Shown: positions 1-11,231, counted from the stretch's first letter. The stretch: 64,000 nucleotides of DNA from Pseudomonadota bacterium (GCA_022572185.1 JACZWL010000001.1:28387-92386), one strand, 5' to 3'. A program made the numbers and translations. Notes: generated by a model from the sequence alone, not told the origin.

Positions 1-74
1 TGTCATATTACATAAGCCAGAAATTTTGGCACAGATCTAAGAGCTGCTCCTACCGCCCTTCCCACCAACCTGGT

Positions 75-1550
75 CTACCCGGTGCCACCGACAGTCAACT
101 GGTCGATTTTCAGGGTCGGTTGACCGACACCGACCGGCACCGACTGTCCTTCCTTGCCGCAGGTACCAACACCACTATCGAATTTGAGATCCGTACCGAC
201 CATCGAGATCTGGCCCAGCACAGCAGGCCCGTCACCGATGAGCATTGCACCTTTGACCGGAGCGGTCAGCTTTCCTTTCTCGATGAGATAGGCCTCATTC
301 ACGGAGAAAACGAATTTGCCAGACGTAATGTCGACCTGGCCGCCGCCGAAGTTCGGCGCATAAAGGCCTTTGTCAACCGAAGCAATGATCTCCTCGGGAT
401 CGTGCTTGCCTGCCAACATGTACGTATTGGTCATACGCGGCATCGGGATATGTGCAAAAGACTCCCTGCGGCCGTTGCCGGTCGGTGCGACCCCCATCAA
501 GCGTGCATTCAACTTGTCTTGCATATAGCCGCGAAGAATGCCGTTTTCGACCAGCACGTTGTACTGCCCCTGCGTGCCCTCGTCATCGACGGCAAGCGAT
601 CCACGACGATTTGCGAGTGTTCCGTCATCGACGATCGTGCAAAGCTTTGATGCAACCTGCTCGCCGACTCGCCCGCTGAAAGCAGAAGTGCCTTTTCGGT
701 TGAAGTCACCTTCGAGCCCGTGACCGACAGCCTCATGTAGAAGAATGCCTGGCCAGCCGGCGCCAAGAACTACCGGCATCATGCCGGCCGGTGCTGGCAC
801 TGCCTCCAGCTGCACGACTGCCTGCCGTACGGCGTCCCTCGCGTATTCCATCGGCAGATCGCTGCCAAGAAAATAATTCAGGTCAGCTCTCGCTCCGCCC
901 CCTGCATAGCCTTGCTCACGGCGCCCGTTTTCCTCGATGATGACGCTGATATTCAGCCTGACCAGCGGTCGGACATCGGCTGCCAGGGTGCCGTCCGAGG
1001 CTGCGATCAAAATGAGGTCCTGACTGCTGCTCAGACTGATAATGACCTGCTCGATGCGTTTGTCCAGTGCGCGGGTTTTTTTGTCAATATCACTGATCAA
1101 TGCCGTCTTTTGTGCGTCCTGAATACTCGCGATCGGGTCAAGTGCGGGGTACAGGTCCTGCCGTTCGCCGCGCGACCATGCCTGCACGGCCTTCATCTGA
1201 CCTTGTCGCGAAATCGCACGTGCGGCTCCGGCGGCACGTTCGAGAGCGGGCAGCATCAGTTCATCGGAATAGGCAAAGCCGGTTTTTTCGCCGCTCACTG
1301 CACGGACGCCGACACCCTGATCCAGGTTGAAGCTGCCTGCCTTGATGACACCGTCCTCTACCGTCCAGCTTTCCTGGCGGCTAATCTGAAAATACAGGTC
1401 GGCGATATCGATGTCTCGCGTCATGATGGATCCGAGCGTTCGGCTCAGGTGCCGCTCCTCAAGCCCTGCCGGTGCCAGCACGCGGGACATCACCGTATCT
1501 ATCGCATTATCGTTATTGTGCGTGTCTGACACTGGTTGTTGTTCCTTCAA
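75..1550 (-). CDS. tldD: Metalloprotease TldD
   Basis: 491-aa ORF with PmbA/TldD-family sequence, including the [11 protein letters not shown] zinc motif. Lies beside yhdP/rng as in E. coli. Confidence 0.9.
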   Translation of the reverse strand: MKEQQPVSDTHNNDNAIDTVMSRVLAPAGLEERHLSRTLGSIMTRDIDIADLYFQISRQESWTVEDGVIKAGSFNLDQGVGVRAVSGEKTGFAYSDELMLPALERAAGAARAISRQGQMKAVQAWSRGERQDLYPALDPIASIQDAQKTALISDIDKKTRALDKRIEQVIISLSSSQDLILIAASDGTLAADVRPLVRLNISVIIEENGRREQGYAGGGARADLNYFLGSDLPMEYARDAVRQAVVQLEAVPAPAGMMPVVLGAGWPGILLHEAVGHGLEGDFNRKGTSAFSGRVGEQVASKLCTIVDDGTLANRRGSLAVDDEGTQGQYNVLVENGILRGYMQDKLNARLMGVAPTGNGRRESFAHIPMPRMTNTYMLAGKHDPEEIIASVDKGLYAPNFGGGQVDITSGKFVFSVNEAYLIEKGKLTAPVKGAMLIGDGPAVLGQISMVGTDLKFDSGVGTCGKEGQSVPVGVGQPTLKIDQLTVGGTG

Positions 1551-1595
1551 TTGAAGTCGCGGTGGCGGCGTGGCTCGCTGTCAATTCATTACTCC

Positions 1596-2444
1596 TTATT
1601 TGAACACACGGTGACTGAGCGCCGGAAATTCCCGGCGCAACTTTTGCGGCAGGGCCGGGTCCAGATCGCTGCTGATGACACAATTGCTTTCTGCTGCCTC
1701 GGCAAGAATCCGACCCCAGGGATCGATAATCAGCGAATGGCCATAGGTCGTTCTGCCGTCGCTGTGTCGGCCGAACTGACCGGGTGCAATCACATACGCG
1801 AGATTTTCGATCGCGCGAGCCCTGAGCAAAGTATGCCAGTGAGCATTTCCCGTCACAAACGTAAATGCTGCCGGAACCGACAGTACGACTGCCCCCATCT
1901 CGACCAGTTTGCGATACAGTTCCGGAAAACGTAAATCGTAACAGATTGAAAGGCCCACACAACCGACAGGTGTATCTTGAACCACGAGCTTTTCGCCTGG
2001 CATCATGCTGGCCGACTCCCTGTAGCGCTCACCGCGATCAGGTAGGTCGACGTCGAACAAATGAATCTTGCGGTAGCAATTCTGCGTATTCCCGTCCGCA
2101 TCCACGACCAGCGTCGCGCCATAGCAGCGGCCAGGATCCGTTGACCTGAGGGGAATACTCCCGGAAATTATCCATAAGTTGTTGTTGCGCGCCGCATCGG
2201 CGAGAAAATCCTGAATCGGGCCGGCTCCCAGCTCTTCGGCATGTTGAAGCTTGTCTGTACCCCGCGCACTCATGAACGGAAAATTCTCCGGCAGGACTGC
2301 CAGCGCGCAACCGTCGGCTGCAGCTTCCGTGAGCAGCCGGGCAGCGAGTTCCAGGTTTTGCTTCAGATTGTCGCCGCTGTTCATTTGCACAGCTGCAACC
2401 CGAACCGGTGACGATGCTGAATCCTGTTTGCTGTTGTCAGACAC
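1596..2444 (-). CDS. Carbon-nitrogen hydrolase (Nit-type amidase)
   Basis: 282 aa. Nitrilase-superfamily Glu/Lys/Cys context is present (LPENF, RKIHLFD, SICYDLRFPE). Confidence 0.8.
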   Translation of the reverse strand: MSDNSKQDSASSPVRVAAVQMNSGDNLKQNLELAARLLTEAAADGCALAVLPENFPFMSARGTDKLQHAEELGAGPIQDFLADAARNNNLWIISGSIPLRSTDPGRCYGATLVVDADGNTQNCYRKIHLFDVDLPDRGERYRESASMMPGEKLVVQDTPVGCVGLSICYDLRFPELYRKLVEMGAVVLSVPAAFTFVTGNAHWHTLLRARAIENLAYVIAPGQFGRHSDGRTTYGHSLIIDPWGRILAEAAESNCVISSDLDPALPQKLRREFPALSHRVFK

Positions 2445-2451
2445 GGTTTTT

Positions 2452-5400
2452 CTATTCCGCTTGCTGCAGGCAGCCGGCCGCTTCGTAGGTTTTCGCGAAT
2501 TGCTCCGCGTCCGTTACTTCCATCGTCGGTTCGTCCCAGGAACCGCCGATGCTGTAATAGACCTGTCCCATATCGTGCAAGGGTTTCTTGAATATCTGCG
2601 AGAAAATCAACAGGGCGGCCGCAACCCCCGGTCCCGCGACCACCGCACCCACGATGGGTAGCGTATTGCCAAGGCTTGCGCTGACCATCGCGGACTGTTC
2701 GTAGTCGCGCGATCCCAGCCCTGCCCGGCCGACGATGCCGATATCTGCGGCGGGACTTTTTAGTGACAGGTCGCAGGTAAATGTTTCACCGCTGACAACG
2801 CGGAAGTTTCCGGTAATTTCGTCAAACCCGAAACCTTTCCCCAGCACGTCACGAAAATCCAGCGCCAGGCGCCTGGGCAGGGCGACGACACTCAAGAGAC
2901 CGAAGACGCGGCCTGCGCCCGGTTCGACTTCGTCGAGTTGTCCGGAGCCCAGGCGAATGCCGATGTTGCCGTCCAGATGGGCAAGAATATCTTCACGCGG
3001 CCCACCTGGCCAGCTCACGTCGATGTCGACCTCCATATCCCGGCCGACAATGCCCGGCTGATAGTTCAGGCGCGCTGTGGTTTGCTGGATATCTCTGCTT
3101 ATGAGCTTTGCCGTCAGGTAACTGCGCTGGCCGGCGTCATCTGCCGGCTCGACCACCCATCGCCCGGTACCACTCATCTCGAAACTGTCATCCCTGGTCG
3201 TGATACTCACTGCCTCGAGACCCGTTTCCATGCGTACAAATTCGGCCTCAAGGCTGCCGAAATGACGCAGTCCCAAGGCGAAGTCGTCGACCTTGATGGA
3301 AAGTGGTGGCAGCGTGCGTGGATCGGTCAAGTCGCTAACATCGCGTTGGACTTCATCTCTCCCCGGCAGAATCAGCCTTGCCATATCAACGACCAGCGGC
3401 TTGTCGCCGGAGAAATCGTAGGGCACAACCAGCGAACCGATGGCTTCTTCACCGTCAATCTCGATAAGCCATTCTTCGGCGCCACGGTCTACCCGGACCC
3501 GATGCCTCGAAAAATGCTGCCCCAGTGCATAAAGGTTATCGACAATCAGATCTATCGACCGTATGCGTGCACCGAAACCGGGGCTATCAGACCCCTCCGG
3601 CCGCATGTTCAGCCACTCGTTTAGCCGGATTTCGGGTGTCTCGCCGACGATATGCAGTCCCCGCGTCTCCGGTTCCATTACTTCTGCACCGCCGACGGCG
3701 ATAACGCCCCGGTCGAAATCCCATTGCTCCTGCTCTTTCAGAAAATTCACTGACCATTTGAAGTTTTCAGCGGAACGACCAAACGAGTCGATTCGACCAG
3801 CCCCGGGAAATTCGATGCGCATTGACAGGGGCCGGGTCTCGCCGGGCGCTTTTCCGACAGGCGCCGGGAATTCGAGGGCGAGGCCTTCGAGGTTCGTTTC
3901 AATCGCGATATGCAGGGGCACCGGCTGCTCTACGTCGCCACGGGAAAACAGGATTCTTGCGCTGTAAGGGGTGGAGCCCCGCAGCCGGCCCGCAAGCGGC
4001 AGGCCAAGTTCCCGGATCAGGCCTTCGCCGCTAACGATACCTGTCGCTGACGCGATGACGGAGTATTTTGGCATAGCGTCTGTAGCACGAGCCAGATCAA
4101 TACTGACCGGCTCGCCAAGAAAACGCCCTGTCAGCGTCTCTGATTGAATGCGGTCGCGGGTCACCGTGACCAGACCGCTGAGTTCGGTAAGGGGAGGTGT
4201 GAATCCTTCAATGCTTAAGCGGCCATTGTTGCTGCGAACGCCGACCGTGAACGCGTAATTCAACTTGTCAGCGAGCGGGTAGCGCAATTGCAAGTCGAAT
4301 GATGTCTCGCCGTCGACCTGAATACGGTCGAGCTGGCCGCCGAATACATTGGCAATCGGACTTTGCATCGATAATTGACGCATGGTCTCGAGCGTGCCCG
4401 TTACGTAGGCGTCGACCGTCAGTACCGGCTCCCTTAAATCAGCGATTTCAACTTTTGCGTCTACCGTACTGTTGCCAACAGTTGTCCCGGAGTTGTGATT
4501 TGAATAAAAGTGCATGTTATCGACGAAAATATCCGCATTGAGTTGTTCGACCATGGGCCAGCTTGGGTGATATCTCAGCGCCAGGTCTTCGATCTGTGCC
4601 TCGACCCGGAATGACCCTTCTCCATCTTCGAAGGGAAACTTGTCGAGCGGCCCGGTAAACCGGATCGTGCCCCGCGGCACACGGCCGGCAACCAGTGCGT
4701 TATCAAACCAGGCGTATAGATTCGGCTTCATCAGTTTACCGGGCAGATAACGGGAAACTGCCGAGAGGTCGGTGATGTTCCAGTTGCTGACGAAGTCGAT
4801 CACCGGGGAACCGCCGTTTGCCGGCAAGCTTATTTGCAGGCTGCTGCGGGTGTCGAGCTCTGCATTTCTGATGCGAACACTGTCGGAGAGAATGATCGTG
4901 GTCTCGCTATTACGGCGCCAGATGACGGTGCCGATCGCATCGTCGAAATCGATGGGTTCAGCGAGAAATTCCGGCAAATCCAGCCGCAAATCGCTTGACT
5001 CGATCTCAATTCGCCCGCCGGAGCGGTCCGCACGAACCTGACCACTGAATCCGCTCACGCCAGGCCACTTGTTTCTTGCCCTGATACCAGCTTCCTGGAG
5101 CTCGGCCGACAAATCGAAACGGACGGATTCTGACTCAAGATCCGCAAGCCCTAACTCGAAACCGTGTACCATGCCGGACGGCCCGAATGCATCCAGCATC
5201 GATCTTTGTCTCTCCGGCAACCAGGGGGTCAATAGCTTCAGATTATCGAGATTTATGAACGACGCGCGGGCATTCACTGTCAGGATCTTGCCCGATGTAT
5301 CGGTCGTCACGTCGACCCGAATAGAGGAATTGGGCCATTCGCCGGCAATCGTCTGGAGCCTGAAATTATCCGCCGCGAGCAACCAGCCCCCCGGGTCATG

Positions 5401-6300
5401 CGAAAACTCGAAGCGGCCCTGAATATCGAAAGGCACATTATCGATCGCATCGCCGGCGACGAGATCGGTGACGACCAGATTTCCGGTAGCGCTACGAATC
5501 CCGTCCTTCGAGCGCTCCAGCCAAAGGCTCAGATCAGCCCGGCCCGACCTCACGATCGGAAGTTCCGAAGCTTGAAAACGTGTCCAGCCGGCGACTTCCA
5601 GGGACCTGCCTTCTACAAAGAACTGCCACACGCCGTTGTCGGCCGCATCCGCCAGGCGCTTGTTTGCTGACACCTCGATTCGCTCCCCGAGCTCGTCCGG
5701 CAAATCGATAGTCGCCTCGATATCAAGCTGCAGCTCGTCGCGCAGCACCCGCAAGCTGTCAATCATCAGCTCGAGCGGCTCCTCGGCTCCCGGCGGCCAG
5801 TAGTCCACGCTGATGCTCTGTCCGATAACAGTCACCGCAGTACCGCCACCTTCCGGCAAGTCCTTCCTGAAGCCGATCAGCTCTTCGAGGGGGACGCCCT
5901 GCAATAGCCAGGCACCATCATCGGCCTGCCGCAGATCAAGGCTGGTATCTCTTATCAGCACCCGGTCGACAACCAGCTCGCGGTCAACCAGCAGACGCAT
6001 CAGGCCGACGCTAATGCTGAGTTCGTCGACGCTGAGCAGGCTGTCCGAACCATCCGGCCGCATGAGTTCAGCGTTGTAGAAGTTGAGTTCAGGCCCACTG
6101 AATCGCCAGCGCGCGTCCATGCCCGTGAAGTCGACCTGCATGCCGACCACCGCGCTGGCCCAGTTCTTGATTTCCTGCTGGTATTCCGGAAGTCGCGGCA
6201 ACATCAACCGGAACAACCCGACCGCAATCGCAAGAAGAATAACGACAGCCGCCGCAGAGTAAGCGAGATACTTGGCCAATCGTTGTAGCAGTTGCTTCAT
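2452..6300 (-). CDS. yhdP: YhdP-family (AsmA-like) envelope protein
   Basis: 1282 aa with a single N-terminal TM helix. Size and position between rng and tldD match E. coli yhdP. Confidence 0.8.
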   Translation of the reverse strand: MKQLLQRLAKYLAYSAAAVVILLAIAVGLFRLMLPRLPEYQQEIKNWASAVVGMQVDFTGMDARWRFSGPELNFYNAELMRPDGSDSLLSVDELSISVGLMRLLVDRELVVDRVLIRDTSLDLRQADDGAWLLQGVPLEELIGFRKDLPEGGGTAVTVIGQSISVDYWPPGAEEPLELMIDSLRVLRDELQLDIEATIDLPDELGERIEVSANKRLADAADNGVWQFFVEGRSLEVAGWTRFQASELPIVRSGRADLSLWLERSKDGIRSATGNLVVTDLVAGDAIDNVPFDIQGRFEFSHDPGGWLLAADNFRLQTIAGEWPNSSIRVDVTTDTSGKILTVNARASFINLDNLKLLTPWLPERQRSMLDAFGPSGMVHGFELGLADLESESVRFDLSAELQEAGIRARNKWPGVSGFSGQVRADRSGGRIEIESSDLRLDLPEFLAEPIDFDDAIGTVIWRRNSETTIILSDSVRIRNAELDTRSSLQISLPANGGSPVIDFVSNWNITDLSAVSRYLPGKLMKPNLYAWFDNALVAGRVPRGTIRFTGPLDKFPFEDGEGSFRVEAQIEDLALRYHPSWPMVEQLNADIFVDNMHFYSNHNSGTTVGNSTVDAKVEIADLREPVLTVDAYVTGTLETMRQLSMQSPIANVFGGQLDRIQVDGETSFDLQLRYPLADKLNYAFTVGVRSNNGRLSIEGFTPPLTELSGLVTVTRDRIQSETLTGRFLGEPVSIDLARATDAMPKYSVIASATGIVSGEGLIRELGLPLAGRLRGSTPYSARILFSRGDVEQPVPLHIAIETNLEGLALEFPAPVGKAPGETRPLSMRIEFPGAGRIDSFGRSAENFKWSVNFLKEQEQWDFDRGVIAVGGAEVMEPETRGLHIVGETPEIRLNEWLNMRPEGSDSPGFGARIRSIDLIVDNLYALGQHFSRHRVRVDRGAEEWLIEIDGEEAIGSLVVPYDFSGDKPLVVDMARLILPGRDEVQRDVSDLTDPRTLPPLSIKVDDFALGLRHFGSLEAEFVRMETGLEAVSITTRDDSFEMSGTGRWVVEPADDAGQRSYLTAKLISRDIQQTTARLNYQPGIVGRDMEVDIDVSWPGGPREDILAHLDGNIGIRLGSGQLDEVEPGAGRVFGLLSVVALPRRLALDFRDVLGKGFGFDEITGNFRVVSGETFTCDLSLKSPAADIGIVGRAGLGSRDYEQSAMVSASLGNTLPIVGAVVAGPGVAAALLIFSQIFKKPLHDMGQVYYSIGGSWDEPTMEVTDAEQFAKTYEAAGCLQQAE

Positions 6301-6322
6301 AAGCGTCCTGAGTCCGACCCGG

Positions 6323-7804
6323 TTATATCAACACAACGTCAAACTGGTCCTGCAAGTACAGAGACTCGGGTTGTAGTCGAATCGTCTTGCCGATCTGTTC
6401 TTCAAGTTCAGCGAGCGCGTTCGATTGCCCATCGAGCAATAACTCGATCACCTCTTGATGCGCCAAGACAAGTATTTCGTCAAACGTAAACTGCCGGTGT
6501 TGCCTGATGATCTCCCGAAATACTTCGAAACACACGGTCTCGGCCGTCATGATGAAACCGCGACCATCGCAATTGGGACAATCCTCGCAAAGAATATGTT
6601 GCAGGCTCTCCCGCGTCCGTTTGCGTGTCATCTCAACCAGGCCCAGCGGCGACACAGCTGTGATCTGGTGCCGGGCATGGTCGCGAACCAGCGATTGCTG
6701 CAGCGCCTGCATGACTCTTTGCCGGTGTCCCTCTTCTTCCATATCGATGAAATCGATGATGATGATGCCACCCAGGTTTCTAACACGCAGCTGCCGCGCA
6801 ATCGTAACCGCCGCCTCCAGGTTTGTCCTGTATATCGTCTCCTCGAGATTGCGATGACCAACATACCCGCCCGTATTAACATCGACCGTTGTCATCGCCT
6901 CCGTCTGATCAAAAATTACATAGCCACCGGACTTCAGTGGAATGCTCCTGTCCAGCGCTTTCTTTATTTCATCCTCGGTGCCATGAAGATCGAATATCGG
7001 CCGGCGCCGTGTATACAGCTCGAGCATTGGCTCCACTTCCGGCAGAAAAGTAGCCGCAAAGGATTTCATTGCGTTGAAGTCCTGTTCCGAGTCCACACGA
7101 ATTCGTCCGACATCGCTGGTCACAAGATCGCGTAAAACTCTGGCTGGCAGCGGCAAATCTTCATGGACGAGTGTTTTTACCTTACCTTTCCTGCACTGTT
7201 CCTGAACCACAGTCCAGAGTTTCCACAAAAACTGCATGTCTGCCCGCAGGGCATCGTCGCTGGCACCTTCCGCGGCCGTCCGAACGATGACCCCGCAGGG
7301 GAAGTCGACCAGCAATTCCCCAAGAAACTGGCGCAGGCGCTCACGCTCTTCCTCGTCCTCGATACGTGCGGAAATTCCGACGCTGTCGCCGGCGGGCAGG
7401 AGAACCAGATATCGCGACGGCAGCGTGATGAATGTGGTCAGGCGCGCACCCTTGTTGCCGAGAGGGTCTTTCACAACCTGCACAGGGATTTCCTCGCCTT
7501 CGCGGACGAGTTCCCTGATGTCCGGCAGCGGAATGTCGTTGTCCTCGTCATCTGCACGTCTTGACCGGGCGATATCGGAGGCATGCAGAAATGCGGTGCG
7601 TTCCAGCCCGATGTCGACAAAGGCGGCTTGCATGCCCGGCAGGACACGTGACACACGACCCTTGTAGATGTTGCTCACCAGGCCACGGCGGGCAGCGCGT
7701 TCGATATATACCTCCTGAAGAACGCCGTTCTCGAGCAACGCTGCACGCACTTCGCTGGGTGTCACATTGACGAGAATTTCCTCTTTTGGCGATTCATCAG
7801 GCAT
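6323..7804 (-). CDS. rng: Ribonuclease G
   Basis: 493 aa with RNase E/G catalytic-domain sequence (S1-like N-terminus, CPxCxGxG zinc link). Directly follows maf. Confidence 0.9.
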   Translation of the reverse strand: MPDESPKEEILVNVTPSEVRAALLENGVLQEVYIERAARRGLVSNIYKGRVSRVLPGMQAAFVDIGLERTAFLHASDIARSRRADDEDNDIPLPDIRELVREGEEIPVQVVKDPLGNKGARLTTFITLPSRYLVLLPAGDSVGISARIEDEEERERLRQFLGELLVDFPCGVIVRTAAEGASDDALRADMQFLWKLWTVVQEQCRKGKVKTLVHEDLPLPARVLRDLVTSDVGRIRVDSEQDFNAMKSFAATFLPEVEPMLELYTRRRPIFDLHGTEDEIKKALDRSIPLKSGGYVIFDQTEAMTTVDVNTGGYVGHRNLEETIYRTNLEAAVTIARQLRVRNLGGIIIIDFIDMEEEGHRQRVMQALQQSLVRDHARHQITAVSPLGLVEMTRKRTRESLQHILCEDCPNCDGRGFIMTAETVCFEVFREIIRQHRQFTFDEILVLAHQEVIELLLDGQSNALAELEEQIGKTIRLQPESLYLQDQFDVVLI

Positions 7805-7805
7805 G

Positions 7806-8399
7806 CTATCGATCCGAATCCAGGGGCAAAATGACCAGACCCGCCTTGCTCAGGAGTTCTGCCGTTTCGAAGACAGGCAGACCGACGACCCCGGAATAAC
7901 TTCCCGATATGGTCTCAACGAAGATGCCTCCGATACCCTGCACCGCATAGCCGCCGGCCTTGTCGCGTGGCTCTCCACTTTGCCAGTAGCTGGACGCCTC
8001 ATCGTGATGGATCTCCCGGAATCGCACTTCCGTGACCGACGTTACGCTCATAATCTCGCCCGCGTAGTCGAGTGCGACCCCGGTCAATACCTTGTGCGCC
8101 CGGCCGGACAGGGAGGCCAGCATTTCCACCGCCTCGGCCTCAGACTCAGGTTTGCCGAGCACATGATCATCCAGGGCCACGGCGGTATCTGCGCCGAGCA
8201 CAGGTAGCGACCGGTCCACCGTCGCGCGTGCCGCGCCAACCTTTGCCACCGCCAGCCGAACCACCATGTCGGTGACCGGCTCACCAGCGTAGCGCGTTTC
8301 ATCGATATCGACGCCGGCTGCCGTGAATCTGATGCCCATCGCCGCGAGGATTTCACGGCGCCTCGGCGACGACGATGCGAGGTGAATGTCCATTCTCAT
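7806..8399 (-). CDS. maf: Maf-family nucleoside triphosphate pyrophosphatase
   Basis: 197 aa with Maf motifs (LASSSPRRREIL, KAGGYAVQG). Separated from rng by a 1-nt gap. Confidence 0.85.
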   Translation of the reverse strand: MRMDIHLASSSPRRREILAAMGIRFTAAGVDIDETRYAGEPVTDMVVRLAVAKVGAARATVDRSLPVLGADTAVALDDHVLGKPESEAEAVEMLASLSGRAHKVLTGVALDYAGEIMSVTSVTEVRFREIHHDEASSYWQSGEPRDKAGGYAVQGIGGIFVETISGSYSGVVGLPVFETAELLSKAGLVILPLDSDR

Positions 8400-8621
8400 C
8401 GGCGCAAGCCCGAATGTTTCATCAGTTGCTGCGCAGGACCGCTACAGAATTCGTTTGGCTGCAGGATTTTCTGAGTAAGTGACATATCAGTGACTATTTC
8501 CGATTGCGCCGCTCTCGTCTATCCGTAGGCCCCGCGGCGTTTGGACGTCCTGCCCGGCAGAAAATTCCGTCAGGCGATCAAAGGCTAAGCGAGAGTGCAG
8601 CATACTGATGATAAGTTCGAG

Positions 8622-9092
8622 CTATGCTCGATGGTAGGGATGTGCCGTCGAGACCGTCCAGGCCCTGTACAGCTGCTCCACGCACAGCACCCGGGCCAGT
8701 CCGTGCGGCAGGGTCAGCTTCGACAACGACCAGCGAAAATCTGCTCGCTCCATGCAGGACTTCGAGACGCCATCAGGCCCGCCTATGACAAAGCAGAGAT
8801 CCCTCCCCGCCGCTTGCCACAGCGACAATTCCTCCGCCAGTTCAACGCTGGAAAGCTCGGTGCCATGCTCATCGAGCACGACCAGCTGCTCGCCGGCTTT
8901 GACCTTCCCCAGGACTTTCTGTCCTTCCGCCTCAACAGCAGCGAGAGGATCAGCACTTTTTGAGCGATGGCTGGTCGCCACCGTGTCCAGCCGAAACTTC
9001 CATTGCCGCGGCAATCGCTGCGCGTAACCGTCAAAGGCGTCAGAGACCCAGGATGGCTGCCGATCGCCGACCACAATTAATCGGATGTGCAT
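8622..9092 (-). CDS. rlmH: 23S rRNA (pseudouridine1915-N3)-methyltransferase RlmH
   Basis: 156 aa, SPOUT/RlmH-like. Follows rsfS, the conserved order. Confidence 0.85.
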   Translation of the reverse strand: MHIRLIVVGDRQPSWVSDAFDGYAQRLPRQWKFRLDTVATSHRSKSADPLAAVEAEGQKVLGKVKAGEQLVVLDEHGTELSSVELAEELSLWQAAGRDLCFVIGGPDGVSKSCMERADFRWSLSKLTLPHGLARVLCVEQLYRAWTVSTAHPYHRA

Positions 9093-9095
9093 ACT

Positions 9096-9449
9096 TCACC
9101 CGTCGGTCGCAGCCATGTCGCCTGACGGGGTCAGCGACCAGAGCTTTTCGAGCTTATAAAACTCGCGGACTCGCGGCAGCATGACATGCACGAGTGTGTC
9201 CTGGAGATCAAGGAGAACCCACTCGCTGCCGTCCTCACCTTCTATTCCGAGAGGGCGATGACCCGCATTTCTTGATTTTTCCGCGACGGCGTCAGCCAGC
9301 GCCTTGACGTGACGATTCGACGTTCCGCTTGCCACAATCATGTAGTCAGTGACCGTGGTCAGCATCCTTACATCAAGCTTGACGATATCTTTGGCTTTTA
9401 CCTCTTCTAACGCATCTACGACAAGGTCGCTGAGTTGTTTGCTATTCAT
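9096..9449 (-). CDS. rsfS: Ribosome silencing factor RsfS
   Basis: 117 aa with the RsfS/Iojap signature DYMIVASGTSNRHVKALADAV. Confidence 0.85.
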   Translation of the reverse strand: MNSKQLSDLVVDALEEVKAKDIVKLDVRMLTTVTDYMIVASGTSNRHVKALADAVAEKSRNAGHRPLGIEGEDGSEWVLLDLQDTLVHVMLPRVREFYKLEKLWSLTPSGDMAATDG

Positions 9450-9499
9450 TCACCATTCCGAAAATGACTCATTTCAAATTCTGTGCCGCAGGCAACATG

Positions 9500-10171
9500 T
9501 CAGCCCTCGTTAACTGCATCTGTGACAACGTTTTCATGTGCCGCGTAGCAGCCGCTTTGATCAATCAATTCACGCACGCCGTCAGGCATCAGGAACCGCG
9601 GGTCCCGCCGGGCGGCAACCAGGTCGCGAATTTCACTTGACGAGATCTCGAGCTGGGTGACGTCGTGAATAATAATACGTCCTGATATTGCCTGATGGAG
9701 GTCTCCTATGCGGTGCGTACCGCTGTTGGCCAGCAATTCGCCGAGTGGCCCCATGTCGGGTGCTCGCCAGCCTGGCCGGTGTGCTACGACGATATGCGCC
9801 AGCTGCAGGATTTCGCGCCAGCGGTACCACTTGGGCAACTCCAGGAACGCGTCCATGCCAATGATCAAAGCAAGAGGACGCAGCGGAAACTCCTCCCGCA
9901 ACGCCGTTAAAGTGTCCACAGAATACGATGGACCGTCGCGCAACAGCTCCCGGTCGTCGACGACAAAACCAGCTTGGGCTTCGATCGCCACCTGCACCAT
10001 CTTCAGGCGCAATGCGGCATTGGCGATCAGCTTACTCCTGTGCGGCGGATTGCCGCAGGGCATGAACCTCACTTCATCGAAACTCAGTGCCTGCAGCATT
10101 TCGAATGCCGTGCGTAAATGCCCGTAGTGAATCGGGTCGAAAGTGCCGCCAAAAATGCCCATCGGGCTCAT
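9500..10171 (-). CDS. nadD: Nicotinate-nucleotide adenylyltransferase
   Basis: GGTFDPIHYGH motif. The track ORF runs to 10240, but the ATG at 10171 (MSPMGIFGG) fits the family N-terminus and avoids overlapping holA. Confidence 0.85.
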   Translation of the reverse strand: MSPMGIFGGTFDPIHYGHLRTAFEMLQALSFDEVRFMPCGNPPHRSKLIANAALRLKMVQVAIEAQAGFVVDDRELLRDGPSYSVDTLTALREEFPLRPLALIIGMDAFLELPKWYRWREILQLAHIVVAHRPGWRAPDMGPLGELLANSGTHRIGDLHQAISGRIIIHDVTQLEISSSEIRDLVAARRDPRFLMPDGVRELIDQSGCYAAHENVVTDAVNEG

Positions 10172-10211
10172 CGGCACGGTCCCTGGCGGTAGGCGCGTGA
10201 ACGAATCTGCC

Positions 10212-11231
10212 TCATGCGGCTTTAGCACTTCCCATCGCAAGGCTCAGGACGATGTCCGTTGCCAATTGCCAGACATCCTCGCCTGACTGGCCTTTTGCAG
10301 CAGCATCGGCTCGTCTCGCGACTTTCAGCAGACGGTAAAAGTCACTCGCCCGGTGGCGGGCCACGCAGGACCTGACGATACCCTGGCGGTTGCGCCAGAC
10401 TCCCGATTTCTGCAATGCCGAACCCAGTTCAACGCCTGACTGCACCATATTGGCCAGCCGGCCCAAAGTCCGCAGCTCCCGTGTAAGGGCCCACATGACA
10501 ATGACCGGTTCAACACCTTCTGCCCGGACACCGCCGAGAATACGCAGCGCCCTGGAGGGCTCACCAGCGACCGCAGCATCGGCCAGTTTATACACGTCGA
10601 AACGACTGCTGTTGGCAACGGCTTCATTGACATCGTCGGCGGAAACCGGTCCCTCGCCCAGCAGTAATCGCAACTTTTCGATTTCCTGGTCGGCTGCGAG
10701 CAGATTTCCCTCTACACGATCCGCGATCAGTCTGACTGCATTTCTGTCCGGCGTGAGACCCGCCTCTTGCATTCGCTTGCCTATCCAGGACGGCAATTCG
10801 CGCCGGTCGACGGGCCATACCTGAACCAGTGCGCCCCGGGTCTCTATGGCTTTGGCCCATTTCGATGCCGCGGTACTCCGATCCAGCTTGGGGGCGCTGA
10901 CCAGGACCAGCAGGTCGTCAGCAGCATTCTGCAGCAGTTCCACAATCATGGCGCCGCCCTGCCGCCCGGGTTTTCCGGTTGGCAAGCGCAATTCAATGAT
11001 GCGCTTTTCCGCAAACAGGGACATGTTCGCGCCGGCGCCATTTAGTTCCGCCCAGTTAAAGTCCGTGCCCGCAATGTACAGTTCGCGCGCGCCGAATCCC
11101 TGCCGCCGGGCACCGCCCCGGATAAGGTCAAGCGCTTCCTGTACGAGCAGGGGCTCGGCACCAGTAACCAAATAGCAGGGCAACAGCGCTTTTTGGACGC
11201 TCGACGAAAGCTGATTAGGCGGGATTTTCAC
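10212..11231 (-). CDS. holA: DNA polymerase III delta subunit
   Basis: HolA-like sequence upstream of nadD. The family N-terminus (VKIPPNQL...) starts at the GTG at 11231; the track ORF extends to 11339. Confidence 0.8.
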   Translation of the reverse strand: MKIPPNQLSSSVQKALLPCYLVTGAEPLLVQEALDLIRGGARRQGFGARELYIAGTDFNWAELNGAGANMSLFAEKRIIELRLPTGKPGRQGGAMIVELLQNAADDLLVLVSAPKLDRSTAASKWAKAIETRGALVQVWPVDRRELPSWIGKRMQEAGLTPDRNAVRLIADRVEGNLLAADQEIEKLRLLLGEGPVSADDVNEAVANSSRFDVYKLADAAVAGEPSRALRILGGVRAEGVEPVIVMWALTRELRTLGRLANMVQSGVELGSALQKSGVWRNRQGIVRSCVARHRASDFYRLLKVARRADAAAKGQSGEDVWQLATDIVLSLAMGSAKAA

